Assembly: GCF_003704095.1 (NCBI RefSeq)
Contig: NW_020845843.1
Span: 186,001-250,000 of the forward strand
Direction of reading: 5' to 3'
Origin: Pocillopora damicornis
Taxonomy: Eukaryota
DNA: 64,000 nt
Shown here: piece by piece, positions 39,551 through 52,030 of the stretch
Layout: every line of letters begins with the position of its first letter
Position numbering within the stretch: the stretch's first letter is position 1
Position numbers and translations under genes: made by a program
Notes under the pieces: model-generated
What the model was told of the DNA's origin: nothing
Databases searched by the model: none
What the model saw: the letters and a program-made list of their open reading frames with translations, nothing else

Positions 39551-40618
39551 GACTGATTGAAATAGGTATTTACTTTTGTCAATAAACAAAATGCTGGAAT
39601 CTAATTGGTTCTTAACTGCCTTCACATGTTCCTTAATTTGCAATGTTTGCGCAGCACCAAACAGTCCAGTTTGATCTACCTTATTTCAACCACCTTGTAT
39701 TTGGTAAGATCAAATCAGTTATTTTAAAGAGGTATTGAAAATACAGTACTAAAAGGCACCAGCCAATGTCATTCAACCACTCCACTGATACTAACCAATC
39801 AAAAGCAAGGAGACTTATAAGTAAGTAACGTTGTTAATTTCAGCCTGGAAACATGAAATTGATGAGAATGATTGGTTGAGCTTTTTGCTAATGCATGAAA
39901 TGAGATGCCTGTCTTGTCATTTGACACTTCATGCCTGAGTTTCTTGCATTTTGTTACTGACAAAAATTAATTAGTAATATGACTGAGAAGTGAATACTTC
40001 AGGTGTAAAAAGATAGGCTGTTGGATATTCCAACGTCTAGCTTTTTTTAACAAGTCAAAAAGTTATCACAGTTTTCACTTATCATACATGTTAATATTTT
40101 TAATGTTACCTAAGAGTTAGTGACATTAAACTGATCTCTGGAGAACTTTCTCAAAGCTAAGAACTGCACAGGTATTAAACACTGCTGTACTAATAATAAA
40201 TTCAATTTATGAGTTACAAACACATTATAACTTTCTTGAAAACTAGCATATATATGTGACTCTGCTGAAATGCTACAACTCCTTTTTAGAACTAAAATTT
40301 GACATTAAAGGCCTTTCATCTTGTCAAAAAGTTTTATTAAAATAAACCTTGTAGTTAAAAGGGTTATTCCTTGCAATTTAACTTTCTCTGTATCAATTTG
40401 CCTAGAGCTACTCAAAGTACCTTGCATTTTACATCTACATCCTCTTTACATTGGTATTCCAAATCCTCTTGAGATACATAAGGAACCTGCCAACATAATG
40501 TTGTGGAAAATTCCAGGAGGGTCAATTTGCAGTTTGGCAATCATTGTTCCCTTTTGCTTCAAGGTGTTAGCATTCTTCTGAAGTGACAAGTGCACATAGC
40601 ACATAGGCCATGTTAGGC

Positions 40619-40991
40619 TCACTGTTGAACAGACACATTTGAATGAAGTGGTTTAACTCGCACATTTCTTGAAAGTCCAAGACGTATTGGAGGGCCAGTG
40701 TTGTTGATTTTAACTCCACCAAGATTTACAGTTTGCATTCCTGGATTGTTTTTGTTGAGTGAGGTGGAGTGCACCTTCACTTGCTGTAAAGGTTGATGTC
40801 TTGTGATGGACACAACTATGACAAAATACAACAAAGCCTTCATGTTATTTTGACTTCTCTTAGTATTATAGGCAACTTCTTTCCTTCATTTCTACACTGC
40901 TTTATTATCATTTAAAGTTTATAATTAACTTTAGTTATACCCAAGGATGATCATGTTTAGGCTAATATCACTTTGTATACATACATATATT

Positions 40992-41048
<57 letters not shown>

Positions 41049-42249
41049 TTAAAATAACATGATTGCAATTATAGGCAATTTGTATTACCTTTTCAAGGAA
41101 TAATGAAAAAATCCTTTTATCTTCAGAAGAAACCTGTGAAAACACAGGAGACAAAAAGAGAGAGAAAGTGGCTTTATTGTTCATTTGGCTTTATTTTTAA
41201 GAACTAAGTGGCCAGCCAGCCTTTTAACAATTTTTGCACAGCTTATTCAGTTTTAGAGTTTATTCAGGTTTAACATTTGTGTTTGATGCCATCAGCCATC
41301 ATATTACTTAGCCTGGGAAAAAGCAAAGGATCATTAACAGAAACCTTCAGTGTGATTTACTACCGAGAGTACTTGTATTGTTAATTTCATGGTTAAACCC
41401 TGACCCTAAAATGCACACAATATAACATCTCCCTTAAGTCTTTTTACAATGACTTGAGTAGCACCAGGTTTCCTGTGGTTTGTCCCAGGCCTCTATCAAA
41501 AAGTAAAGTTATTTAAGTGAAACATGAGACTTATATCTCAAACAGCATTCAGGGTATGTATATAAGTATTAGTTTGATTATTAATTCTTTAACAATTCTC
41601 AACAATTTTAATCCCAGGATCTCCTCCCTCCTCACCCCCACTCATTTACTTGGGCACTTGGGCATTTTTATCTTTCTCCAACTTTTCTTGATCAAAAATT
41701 ATTTAAGCATAATTTAATAACTATTTTCTGTTAGGTACAAGCCCCAAAGTACCATGTGAGGCTGGCTCTCAAAAAGGTAGACTAAGACAATAGTAACAGC
41801 TTGACATACTTGATGGTGAGTTTGATGCAGAACTTGACACTGAGTGGCTGCTGTTTGCAGATGAAACCTTTCCTTTACCACTGCCTTTCCCCTTTAACAT
41901 CTTGATTGGTGTAACTGAGATGTGTGAACACAAATTTGGATCAAAAATGTGGTTAAAGAACATGATTGTTTTGCAGTAAAAAAGATACAAAATGAGTTCT
42001 GTAACCCCAAACTTCAATCAACAATTCCATAAAGTGAGCCTGTGAAGATGCTGTAGCCATGGTAACTTTTCATTTAAAAGAAATTACCACTACCTGTTGG
42101 GCTTTGATTACATATTTCTATGATACTAAAACCACCTTCGAAGAGGGAAATTGAAAAGTGTAGAATCATTGCACCATTGAAGAATTATAATGTTAAAATA
42201 AAAGACACTTAGCCACCATAAATGTTAAAATGCCACTCTCCAGCTACAA

Positions 42250-42299
<50 letters not shown>

Positions 42300-45200
42300 A
42301 AGTGAACTACCAATTAACAATCCTCTAAAATATATTAAAGTTCACACAGCAACCAGGTGGACAATCCGACATGGTTTGATGCTACTCTGGTTTACAGACT
42401 TAATGAATGTAACTGAAGAAGTTACAACTCATGGACACAACATTTTGACACTCCTGTCTAGTGCCTTCATCAGGGGTGATCTAAATGCTGCAACAATAGG
42501 TCCTTTTATATGATCACTAATTAGCAGCCTTTCAATGACCTCTTGACGCTCCTTTAAATCGTGACAATGGTGGTTTGCTTCCTGATGCCTATTTACACCT
42601 CCTCAGAAAAAAAGGCCGCTAATTGGTGATCATATAAAAGGACCTCTTGTTGCAGTGTTTAGATCACCCCTGATGAAGGCACTTAACAGGAGTGTCGAAA
42701 TGTTGGGTCTATGAATTGTAACTTCATCAGTTACATTCATTAAATCTGTAAACCAGAGTAGCATCAAACCATGTCTAACAATCCTCTGTTAAGTTACCTC
42801 AAACTAACATCCTGGTGGCCATACTACCAGTTACAACATGAAGCACCAGTCACCCAAAACAACAGACTTTACCCTGCAATACAGTTGATATCTGGGGGTT
42901 TACACACTCCAAGTATCCAGTACTGACAATAAAGACCCAAATGGTTAAATTAAAGTTGTTATCATTTCACCAACCTGTCACACTTGTTCTTGGTTTAATA
43001 CTTGGTTTGGCTGGTGAACTCACAGCTGACTTTCCTCGCCCTTTGCCCTTATTTGTTTTCTTTAGTTCTGTTTCCTCATCAAAATCACTGTCATCTCCCT
43101 CACTTACGCTTTCCTCATTGCTCAACTCTTCACTAAGTTCAAAATCACTATCTTAAAACAAAAGAGTACACAAAATTCATTGAGTATCTGTTGGGGAACA
43201 TATCAACTTCAAGAATCTTACCAAGACCATCATCTTCCTCTTGTTCTTGTTGTAAAACCTCTTTCTTGACATCTGATGTTGTTCTGCTTTGTTTCTTTTT
43301 TATGTCATCATTTCTTCTTTCCTCCACTTCGATGTTTGGAACTTTTTTGTCTGTATTAGTGTGCGAGCCACTGCTGCAATCCACATATTTATTACATTTA
43401 AATGTCTGCTAACATAAAATTCACTTTAAAATGTAATATGAACACCAAGCCATTATGACAGCAATGAAAATTTTCAAGATCAACAACACTGAAAGTAATG
43501 ACATCAGAGTCAATCAAACTATGACTGCAAAGAAGGGAAAAATGCAACAGCCACTGAGTATATAATAATGGCTGAACCCAAACAATAGAGTTCTATTTTG
43601 GTTGTTCATGCACTTGAACTATTATTTTATATGGAGCTTCTAATGATATATCAGCAAATAAAATATAAATTATCTTACACATTGTTCTCTTTGTTGTTGT
43701 CTTCTATCTCCAAAGGAGGAAGTAACCTGGGCTTTTTCGATTTGGATGATGCAACTTCTACTTCATCATCTGAAAATTCTTCCTGGTTATCATGTGTAGT
43801 ACTACTACCAGATGATAGCTGAGAGTCTTCTATGGAAGCTTTCAGTGCAGCCTCTAATTCTTTCTGGTACAGCTTTTCATCTCTTGACAATCTGAGTAAA
43901 ATGCAGACAAAAAAAACTCCCAATGACAATAATTTATTGCTCTTAAATAGCAGAATGCTTGTAACCAGAAACAAGTTTAAATCAATTAAAAGCTTCAACA
44001 ACCCCACAATAACCCCCAGGTCCACCTCACACACAGGTTCAAATTCTCCACCCATGAGGACACAGACAACAGCATCCCCTCAGGGAGGGATGCAGAAGCT
44101 TCAAATTGATCAGAGTGTAATGACTTATGAATTGTAAACCCACACATAGAGGTAAAACACCAACTAAGGTCAACAGACAATGAAGCAAGTTAGCCATGAG
44201 TCCCTTTGAAATCTATGATCTTGATTCTGTATCAAGTTACAATTGATAACCCTGCTAAACAGTTATTATTTTGAAACTCAATCAAAAGGCCAATCAGACA
44301 TCCCTTAAAATGAGCCAGTCATCAGTAAGCAAGTTACAGTTGAGAAACTCATGTTAACCATGAAGTCTGCTTTGATTCAGGTTTGTCACATGTGAATCTA
44401 CCTTGACTCAGAAGGAGAGAGATACACAAAAGGAAAAAACATCTTGTGTCAAATATTACTTTCCCTTATAATTATCCCTTAAAAATTAACAACAACCATG
44501 TCAAAAACAAAAAACAAAACACAACACACTTTGCTATTGAAAGGCCATGTTCCTACCTAAAATACAAGAATCATGGAAGCCAATTTATCAATGAAGATTC
44601 CCCAGTAAGTACATATATGATCCTAGTAAACAATACTGGTAATCAAAGTTGTAATTGCTTCCTCAAAACCCCCTTACTTTCAATGTGCTTTCCAATCACA
44701 TGTGCACAAACCTTTCTTTCCTTTTTAAACTTCCTGATTCTTTACTCTTTGTCTCTTCTTGTTTTGATTTAATATTTGACTTGGCTTTTGATTTCGTTTT
44801 CTTTGGTGGTGGTGGCGGCCCTGCTTCATCTTGGAAATCATCTTTGAAAACCAGAAAACAAAACATGAAAAGCTATTTTTTGTCACCCCAAATCCCAACA
44901 ATTCCTTGTCAAATTAATGTAGTGGTCTATTTTATGTAAAATGGGCTCATGTTTGTTGTGGCATTATATAAAAAAGTTGAAAGTAAAATCACTTAGATTA
45001 AATTGCTTGACCCAGCATGGATAAAAATTTATTTCTGGAAATCCTTCTAATTAGAAATGCACATAACAAAGCTTCCTTCTAATGACGTTTAAAATGTCGA
45101 GACTAGAAATGTTGAACTGCCATGAGGAACCAGACATCACAAATCTTTTGATCACATGTAATGCAAATAAAACTGACTGTCATCTATCATAAAAGCGACT

Positions 45201-45409
45201 CCAAGCTGTGGTCTGAGGTACGAGTTCAAGTCAAAGATAATCACGGTCGCGGGAAATAGTTAACGAATCATTAGGGATACGAGAGCCAAAACAATTAGTC
45301 AAAGTAATGTATCCAAAATGTGTTTACCATCACTATTGTTGCTGCTGTTGTCTTCTTCTTGACAAAACTTTGCATAATCTACTTTTTTACGCACTCTACG
45401 GAGAGACAT
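40619..45409 (-). CDS. RAD51AP1: RAD51-associated protein 1-like
   Basis: N-terminus MSLRRVRKKVDYAKF..SDDDF, internal RLSRDEKLYQKELEAALKAS, C-terminal IRLGLSRNVRVKPLH (RAD51-interacting motif). Exons 45409-45328, 44841-44712, 43891-~43681, ~43405-43222, 43151-42975, 41914-41810 and a last exon ~40800-40619. Some 3' junctions are unresolved. Confidence 0.85.
40975..41044. repeat. (TA)n microsatellite
   Basis: Directly visible. Confidence 0.95.
42253..42297. repeat. (TA)n microsatellite
   Basis: Directly visible. Confidence 0.95.
42368..42775. mobile_element. Long inverted repeat (arms ~42368-42532 and ~42611-42775); Penelope-like terminal-repeat relic with decayed hammerhead ribozyme cores
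   Basis: The arms are near reverse complements (gacatggtttgatgctactctggtttacaga... / ...tctgtaaaccagagtagcatcaaaccatgtc). The right arm contains ccc-CTGATGA-a-GGCACT-loop-AGTGTC-GAAA-tgtt-ggg. Confidence 0.75.
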
Positions 45410-46084
45410 TCGAGGAAGAAGAACAAAATAAGATGTACACCGCGAAAGACTATCGGTAACTGGACTTAGATTAGACGTTGAAGCACGTATGAGCGATAGC
45501 TGACAGATGTCTGTTGTTGGAAATGCAAATTAAAGCTACGCTTTCACTTAAAGTAAAACATTGTCAGGTACTAATATATTCAACGTTTTTTCATGAACTA
45601 GCGATATGTCACACCCACACTATAATTGTACACTGATTGAATGTTGGCGACTTTGTTTTCGTTTCACTAATGGAAATATTCAACCAAAATGAAAACAACA
45701 AAGGGCATTCTGTTTTCGCATGTGGATACCACAGTTTCCTTTCCCTTGAAAGTGTGTGGAATTCGGTTGTTACCTGTCAGATCGCCTCCCCAGTGACATA
45801 CCAGTACTTGTACACACTTCAAAATGAGTAAAATAATGTAGACTTATTGTTAATTCCCAAATTCTCTTTATTTTTAATTGATTTGTCAGTCGTGCTGATG
45901 GAGGTTGGCGCCAAAACACCATCGACGAGCTTACTACGGCATACAATCTCAGCGGACTTATGTATGAGCTGACGATATGTTGTGTACCAGTCATGTATAG
46001 TAGTCAAACGCCTTCACACCTGCGCAGTAAACCCCTTAAAGTTTGGCTGATCACTCGTCCGAAATTGGCAAATTCTTCTTCATC
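45410..46084. promoter_or_regulatory. Probable bidirectional promoter for RAD51AP1-like and MRPL28
   Basis: The two start codons are divergent and 675 bp apart. Confidence 0.6.
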
Positions 46085-46949
46085 ATGGTACGCCTTGGTC
46101 TTCGCTTCTTGCTCTTTGGTAGGACGGTCGCACAGAAAGCAAAAGGACGCGCTCTATTGAAAGAGTCTCGCGAAGCACCACATAAAGGTCTTTACCACGG
46201 AGAAACTTATGTGTTTGGCTACAGAACAACATGGTCTGGCAAAAAGTAAGCTCAATAACTCAAAACTTAAATTCAAGGCATAATCCTGGTATGATTGAGT
46301 ACTTTTATGAGAATGAGTCAAGCAACGGTTCTAAAAACAGTAACCTTGAATAAAATATGAATGTTAAACTTAGTTACTCACCTCAAGAAAAATTTAGCAT
46401 ACTATAGAATAAAAATAATTGAATATTGTTCCAGTTGACCTATTTATTTAACAATGTAATTTATTTTATGTACTTGATGTGTTAGAATTGTAGATAAATA
46501 TCAAGTGAAGTGGTGGCTTGTGAGAACATTTGTATAATTTGTAAAACTTTTTACTAAAATATGTTTTACCTATTATCACTTTACCAAGAACTCCACGAGT
46601 GTGGAAGCCAAATGTCTTTGAAAAGACATTCTACAGTCAAGTGTTAGAACAAGACTTGTCACTGAAGGTCAGTGTGCCTGCTCTGAGATGTATTGACAAA
46701 GCTGGTGGACTTGACAATTACATCATTAACACACCTGAAAGAACTCTGCATTCTAAATTAGCTATTGATCTCAAGAAACTTATGGTGTGGGTTGTCAAAT
46801 GTAAAGAAGAAGGTGTGGAAATGGAGCAGATCAGGAGTGAGGTTTTTCCCAAACCAAGAATAAGTCGTCATGTTCACATTCCAAAAGAATATACCAACAG
46901 ATTTTACTTTGATTGGAAAGGACCTCGCAAACAGATGGTGTTTTGTTAG
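46085..46949 (+). CDS. MRPL28: Mitochondrial ribosomal protein bL28m (~173 aa, 2 exons)
   Basis: Exons 46085-46245 and 46589-46949. Arg/Leu-rich presequence-like N-terminus; L28 motifs KGLYHGE..FG..KKTPRVWKPNV..FYSQVL..ALRCIDKAGGLDNYII. Confidence 0.92.
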
Positions 46950-47102
46950 GGAAAGTATGTGTATTGACCCTAAGTGTGTGAAATCGTCATGTTCACATTC
47001 CAAAAGAATATACCAACAGATTTTACTTTGATTGGAAAGGACCTTGCAAACAGATGGTGTTTTGTCAGGGAAAGTATATGTACCGAATCTAAGTATGTAA
47101 AA
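46865..47102 (+). repeat. 119 bp tandem duplication of the MRPL28 3' end and stop codon
   Basis: tcgtcatgttcacattccaaaagaatataccaacagattttactttgattggaaaggacct... starts at both 46865 and 46984. Confidence 0.92.
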
Positions 47103-48017
47103 TATTGGTGGTTGTTTTAAACTTGGAATGGATTTAGAGAGTAGAAGACTGAACCTGAAAAGGTACCTCCTTTCCTTCATGGGTCTAGTAACAAAGTGAA
47201 TCAGGTGTTAAGTTACTTAACAAGTTGTTGGACTAACCCGCAGCACATTTCATGTATTGATGCCTGATTACCTCTTGTTACAGTGTTGGGTGCATTTTGA
47301 CACCTGGAAACTCTCATAAATGCTACTGAATGTTTCTTATGATGGGGCAGAAATCACACAAAAGTGTGAGGAAAGAGATCTGATCAGTAATTACAGTAAA
47401 CATGACATTCCAACTTTGAAGAAATCTGGTTTATGAAGTTTTATACGTTAAATGGTGAAAATTTGAGGTGTTACAAACAGTTCCATAACAGTCTTAAAAG
47501 TTCAATGGAGTTTGCCATTTCCTACTGCTTTTAAATTTCATTTGGAATGGGGTTAATTTTAATGTTCTTCAGGGATTCGAGGAGATAGATATGTTTTCCT
47601 ATTCATGTTCCCTTGGCAAATCTAATGTTCCAATCCCAGAGTCTATTAAGAAATTTTTTCCTAGACCTTATCCTGACCTGTGGTACCAAGATCAATTAAG
47701 AAATACTAGCTCTTGCCTGTGATTAGTGCAAGCAGCATCATTTGTTTTCAATACTTGTTGAATATATTAAATATTATGCAACTTTAATTAATTCAAATCT
47801 TTGTTGATAGAATATGTAGCAGTGTTAAAAAACTTGCTGCAAGATGTGTCTAGGACTATCTATCCTTAAAGAAGTTATCATTGTTTTTTTGTTTTGAACC
47901 AACAATAATCAGTGGTGCAGTTGTACATAAGGTGATCGCACATAATGATTCTAAATTGACCCATTATGAAAATGTTTTAGACAAGCAGTCAATGAGTGTA
48001 GCTTGTTTAGTTTCATT

Positions 48018-51000
48018 TCATGCCATTTGGTATTTCCCAAGGAGTTTGGTTAGCACTTGCACTGGTTTGCTTATAATTTCCCTCACTCTATTAGCCAATT
48101 CCTGGCATTCTTGGTGGTTGAATGATTCAAACAAATTTAAACCTTCAATAAAATAATGGGCACAACTCTTTGAGCGTAGACACTTTTCCAACCTCTTAAG
48201 GAGGCCCATGAATCGAACATCCAAGGTATCTCTCCACTCTGAGGCATTAGGGTGGGACTCGCACTCATAGAGTAAGAGTGTTTTTAGATGATATGACTTC
48301 AATGGCTTCAGGTTAAGTTCTTCTCGAAGAGCCTTCACTATTCGGAGAACTTTCTTTCGGCAAGAGTTGGCTTCATGTTGCCCTCCTTGAAGGAATAGCC
48401 TCTTTTCAGCCGCTGAGAAGGAATAACGCCACAGGAATCCTTTCTCTTTGTAAGCAATGTTGTGACCCTTTGGTTGCTTACCTACCAGATGACATCCCTC
48501 TCTGCAAATTTCTCTCACAAGATTGTTATTGGGCCAACCTTTTCATAAGTAAAAAAAAAGCCAATGTTAAAAACTTTACTGAAAAATAACATACAGCTAG
48601 AATAATACAATCTTTCACAAAATATTTTGTGTTAAATATTGTGAACCAATAACTAAGAAGCACTGCCCTGTATATTTTAATAAAATAATCTCTGTAGATG
48701 TTAGTGTTTCTTTCACATTTAAGTGATTTCAGTGCATGTTTAAATAACTGTCTTTCCATGCCAATGAAAATTCATTAAGTGCTTCAACAAAACTTTTCAG
48801 ATTATATTTTGTTAGTTTATTTCTATGATAGAAATAATTTTTTTTCAACCATTTTGAATGTTAGACAGCAATAAGTGCAAGTAGTTGACAAATAATTGGT
48901 ATAGAAAAGTTTGCTGATTCCTGAACTTTATGGCCATTAGGTAAGTTAAGGTGTCAATAGTGATATTACCAGTTCTGGGCCTTGTTTTCCATTCTTCAGC
49001 TTCTTCTGGCCAGGTTTTCTCCTTGATGGCAAGTGTCAAATCAATAGAATATTCTATTCTATTTGTGCTAGTTATTTTCAAGGTCACTGCTGGGCCTTCA
49101 GACTTAACAGCAACATTCCTAAATTTCAGAATTATTAGAGTATCAGGTTACTTTTTCGGCTAGGCATTATTTCCCACTATGATCCTTTAAAACATTTTGT
49201 TATGATAGATTGTATAACAAGGTGGCTGCCTCTGCACAAAGTAGGCAAGATAAAGACAAACCCTTGTTCTGATTAACCTAAATCCCTAACCCAGTAATAA
49301 TTCTCTATCCAAAAATTCATGGGACTGTTGTCATTGTTGCTTTTATGTTTCTAAGTCCTTTTCTTTCCAGCTGAGTACTCTTTGACACATTTCCTCTCAT
49401 TTTAGAGGGCTACATCAGTGTTTTGATCAAGGATGGAGCCAAAGGAAAGAAAAACCACCTTAATGATTTTAGGGTATGGATGCCATTTTGGAATAAGTTG
49501 ATCACTCCATGCACTTAGGGAGAAATTTACACCTATGTTCCCCCCTTTCCCCTCCTCCCCAGATACATGAACAGAACACAATCACAAGACTTTGCGCACA
49601 GAACCAAACCTAGTAAGGGAGCCAGGGGAAAATGAGTTAAATTCACATTTAATACATGAATTGATGAGAATGGAGTGAGTAAGTGAATTTTATTTCCATA
49701 CCAAAACCTCATGGTATGACAGTCATACCACGTGGTAAAAACTGTGTCAGCCCATCCTTATTAAAAAAGCCTTGTACAACATTATTTTTCTATCCAGCAC
49801 TTACAATTGCTGAATAGTTCTTTGAGATTTTAATCATATGCCTGCTCTTTTCCTTTCTTCTTGCATTTTGCCACTCCCAGGGCCTTACTTAAGACTGTCT
49901 TGCTGTTTCCAGTCCCACTCACACTATTGCATATGGCCCTTGCACTAGGTTACTCTTATTATGTTTTTCCTTTATAGGGAACATGCTTGCTTGTCCAGAT
50001 AATATACTCATTAACCCTTTTTTACCTTAAATGCTTTTTTTCCCTGATGGCTTTATCCACAAGCCTTTTAAAAACTGCTTTAACCTGTGAGGCATTCAGC
50101 ATTCCTCTATGGTTCACACAGCTGTCTCTCTTCCAAAGCCATTCTTCGCCCTCGTCAATCATTACAGTGGTAAATCCTGCATTAGAAGGAAACAAAAGTT
50201 TCTGCCCGTGACTCAGCCTGAATGGCAAGGGTATTTCTGGTTATTGCTTTTCCTTCACCTGACCTATTTCCAGTGGTCACTTCTTGCTTGCCAATATATT
50301 TCTTTCCAAGCAGTGAGAAGCAACAACCCAAAATTAGTCTTTCTAACAAGTAACTTGACTAAAATACCCCCTGACTTGTTGGTATTGCAAAGTGAGGAAA
50401 ACTTGATCATACTCTTGTATTTTTTAACACTTGATCATTGTTGTGGTCTATTGAACAATAGGACTTACAACAGAAGAAATACTGGAAAGGAATAAAACAA
50501 GTTGACCCTTATTAATCTGGTGGAGTTTAGGTGACATTTTTAAAAATAGGACTTTTAGATAAGAACCTTATGGCTGAGAGGACATAGTGGTTGTAGACTT
50601 AATTTTTATTTTGATATGTATTACCTTGATGGTACAGAAATGGTTTTCTCGACTTGAAATGTATATCATTAGCTGATCATCAGACATAAAAAATACCTTG
50701 TCTTGGGAAAATCCAAAGGTTTCATTGAGGGCAAGGCGTCGGCCAAATTGACAAACTGTAAGCCTTGATGTAACCCTTGAAATCCACCTCCTTTCAAGAA
50801 TTTTTAGTAAGTGATAATGTCGATGTCCTAACACAGAGTCATCATGGTTCTTCCCCCATTTTAAATCACGTATCTCTACATTGTACATTTTTCCGTACAA
50901 AACGCACTTATGGCGGAATTGATCAAGCTCTGCAATTTTGAATGGCTAAGATGCGGTTTCAGCCTCCAACTATTCAGTTAGGTAAACTAAAAGTTCGGCT

Positions 51001-51581
51001 TCTGAATCATTTAGAGCGGCTAATTGAACTTGGAACGGCAAGAGTGTTCTTACCGTTGTGCTTGGTCGGGGAATTTGGACACATTTCAAACGGTTTTGAA
51101 GCGGCTCTAGCATGAATCAGACACCGAACCCTACATTTCCCAAACCAAATCCTGAATCATAACATTTACGAAGATTTCCTTGAACTGTATTACTGGCACA
51201 CTTCTTGGAGTTTGAATCGGTCCAAATTCAAATAAGGTCTTCTTCATGAAAAGTCAGTGTCTAAACAGGCCTAATCTTACCGATTGGTGGCTCGCTGAAG
51301 CCATCGTCTTCTTCAAATGGTGCGTCATCCAGTTCTAAATTATCCATGATTAACATCAGGTCGAATTCATCGGGCTCTTTTACTTTGGCCCTTTCATAAT
51401 AGCTTCCTGTGGGTAAGATTTGAAGAGCACTGAATCGGTCATCATTCGTTTTCACATATTCTAAGATTTCTTTCACGATAGGCTCCCAACAGTTTAGGGC
51501 TTCTATTTTCCTTTGTTGACGAAGCTGAACAATATTAGCAGTAAAACGATTTAAGATAGTGTTTAAATTCTGTTCACTCAT
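48018..51581 (-). CDS. cGAS-like receptor (cGLR; Mab21-family nucleotidyltransferase), ~373 aa, 4 exons
   Basis: Exons 51581-51281, 50176-50026, 49118-48970, 48538-48018 join in frame. TGSYYERAKVKEPDEFDLML (GS plus ExD), third acidic residue in YSIDLTLAI, WP..W..GWP, WRYSFSAAEK, LKSYHLKTLLL, CAHYFIEGLNLF. Confidence 0.93.
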
Positions 51582-51701
51582 TTTTCCAGTAAGGATCACC
51601 GTTGCAACGCTTTCTCTTATGTATATTTTCTGAAATTTCTTGCAAGTGAAAAAGTGCTTATGGAAGCAATCTTTGATATCACAAACAAGCATCCGGTGGT
51701 T

Positions 51702-51905
51702 TTCTGGGAAATTTCCCTACAGGTGTTTTCTAAATATCACTTCCGGTTGCAACTACCTATGTTCACGTACTTAAGAGGCTCAGTATACAAAGCTAAAATC
51801 TGTTCTCTCAACTATTATATCGCTGTATTCATGCATTTGCATAGTTACACGCACGAAAATCTCTTTACAATTTCACAGTTCTGTGAAATAACCCATTTCT
51901 GGGAA
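51702..51905. promoter_or_regulatory. Cluster of candidate NF-kB, STAT (GAS) and ETS sites upstream of the cGLR
   Basis: Palindrome GGGAAATTTCCC at 51706-51717. TTCTGGGAA at 51702-51710 and 51897-51905. TTCTGTGAA at 51879-51887. ACTTCCGG at 51739-51746. Confidence 0.5.
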
Positions 51906-51961
51906 CGTTCAATTGTTAGCCTAACTACTTTCGGCCCAAATAAAATATTCAGTTCTTTATC

Positions 51962-52030
51962 TATTATTATTATTATTATTATTATTATTGTTATTTATCA
52001 TCATCATCATTATCATCATCATTGTTATTA
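51962..52030. repeat. (ATT)n/(ATC)n microsatellite
   Basis: Directly visible. Confidence 0.9.

Noticed and set aside
46758-47180. 140 aa minus-strand ORF
   Set aside because: Antisense to MRPL28 and its duplicated tail; no domain.
50900-51250. Possible decayed palindromic repeat in cGLR intron 1
   Set aside because: Too degenerate to define its ends or family by eye.
35303-51581. DED-vWA and cGLR as one physically linked immune system
   Set aside because: They are separated by two housekeeping genes in a eukaryotic genome; proximity alone is not evidence of a shared pathway.
51582-51692. N-terminal extension of the cGLR in the ORF track
   Set aside because: Not cGLR-like and runs up to the promoter motifs; MSEQNL at 51581 is the better start.
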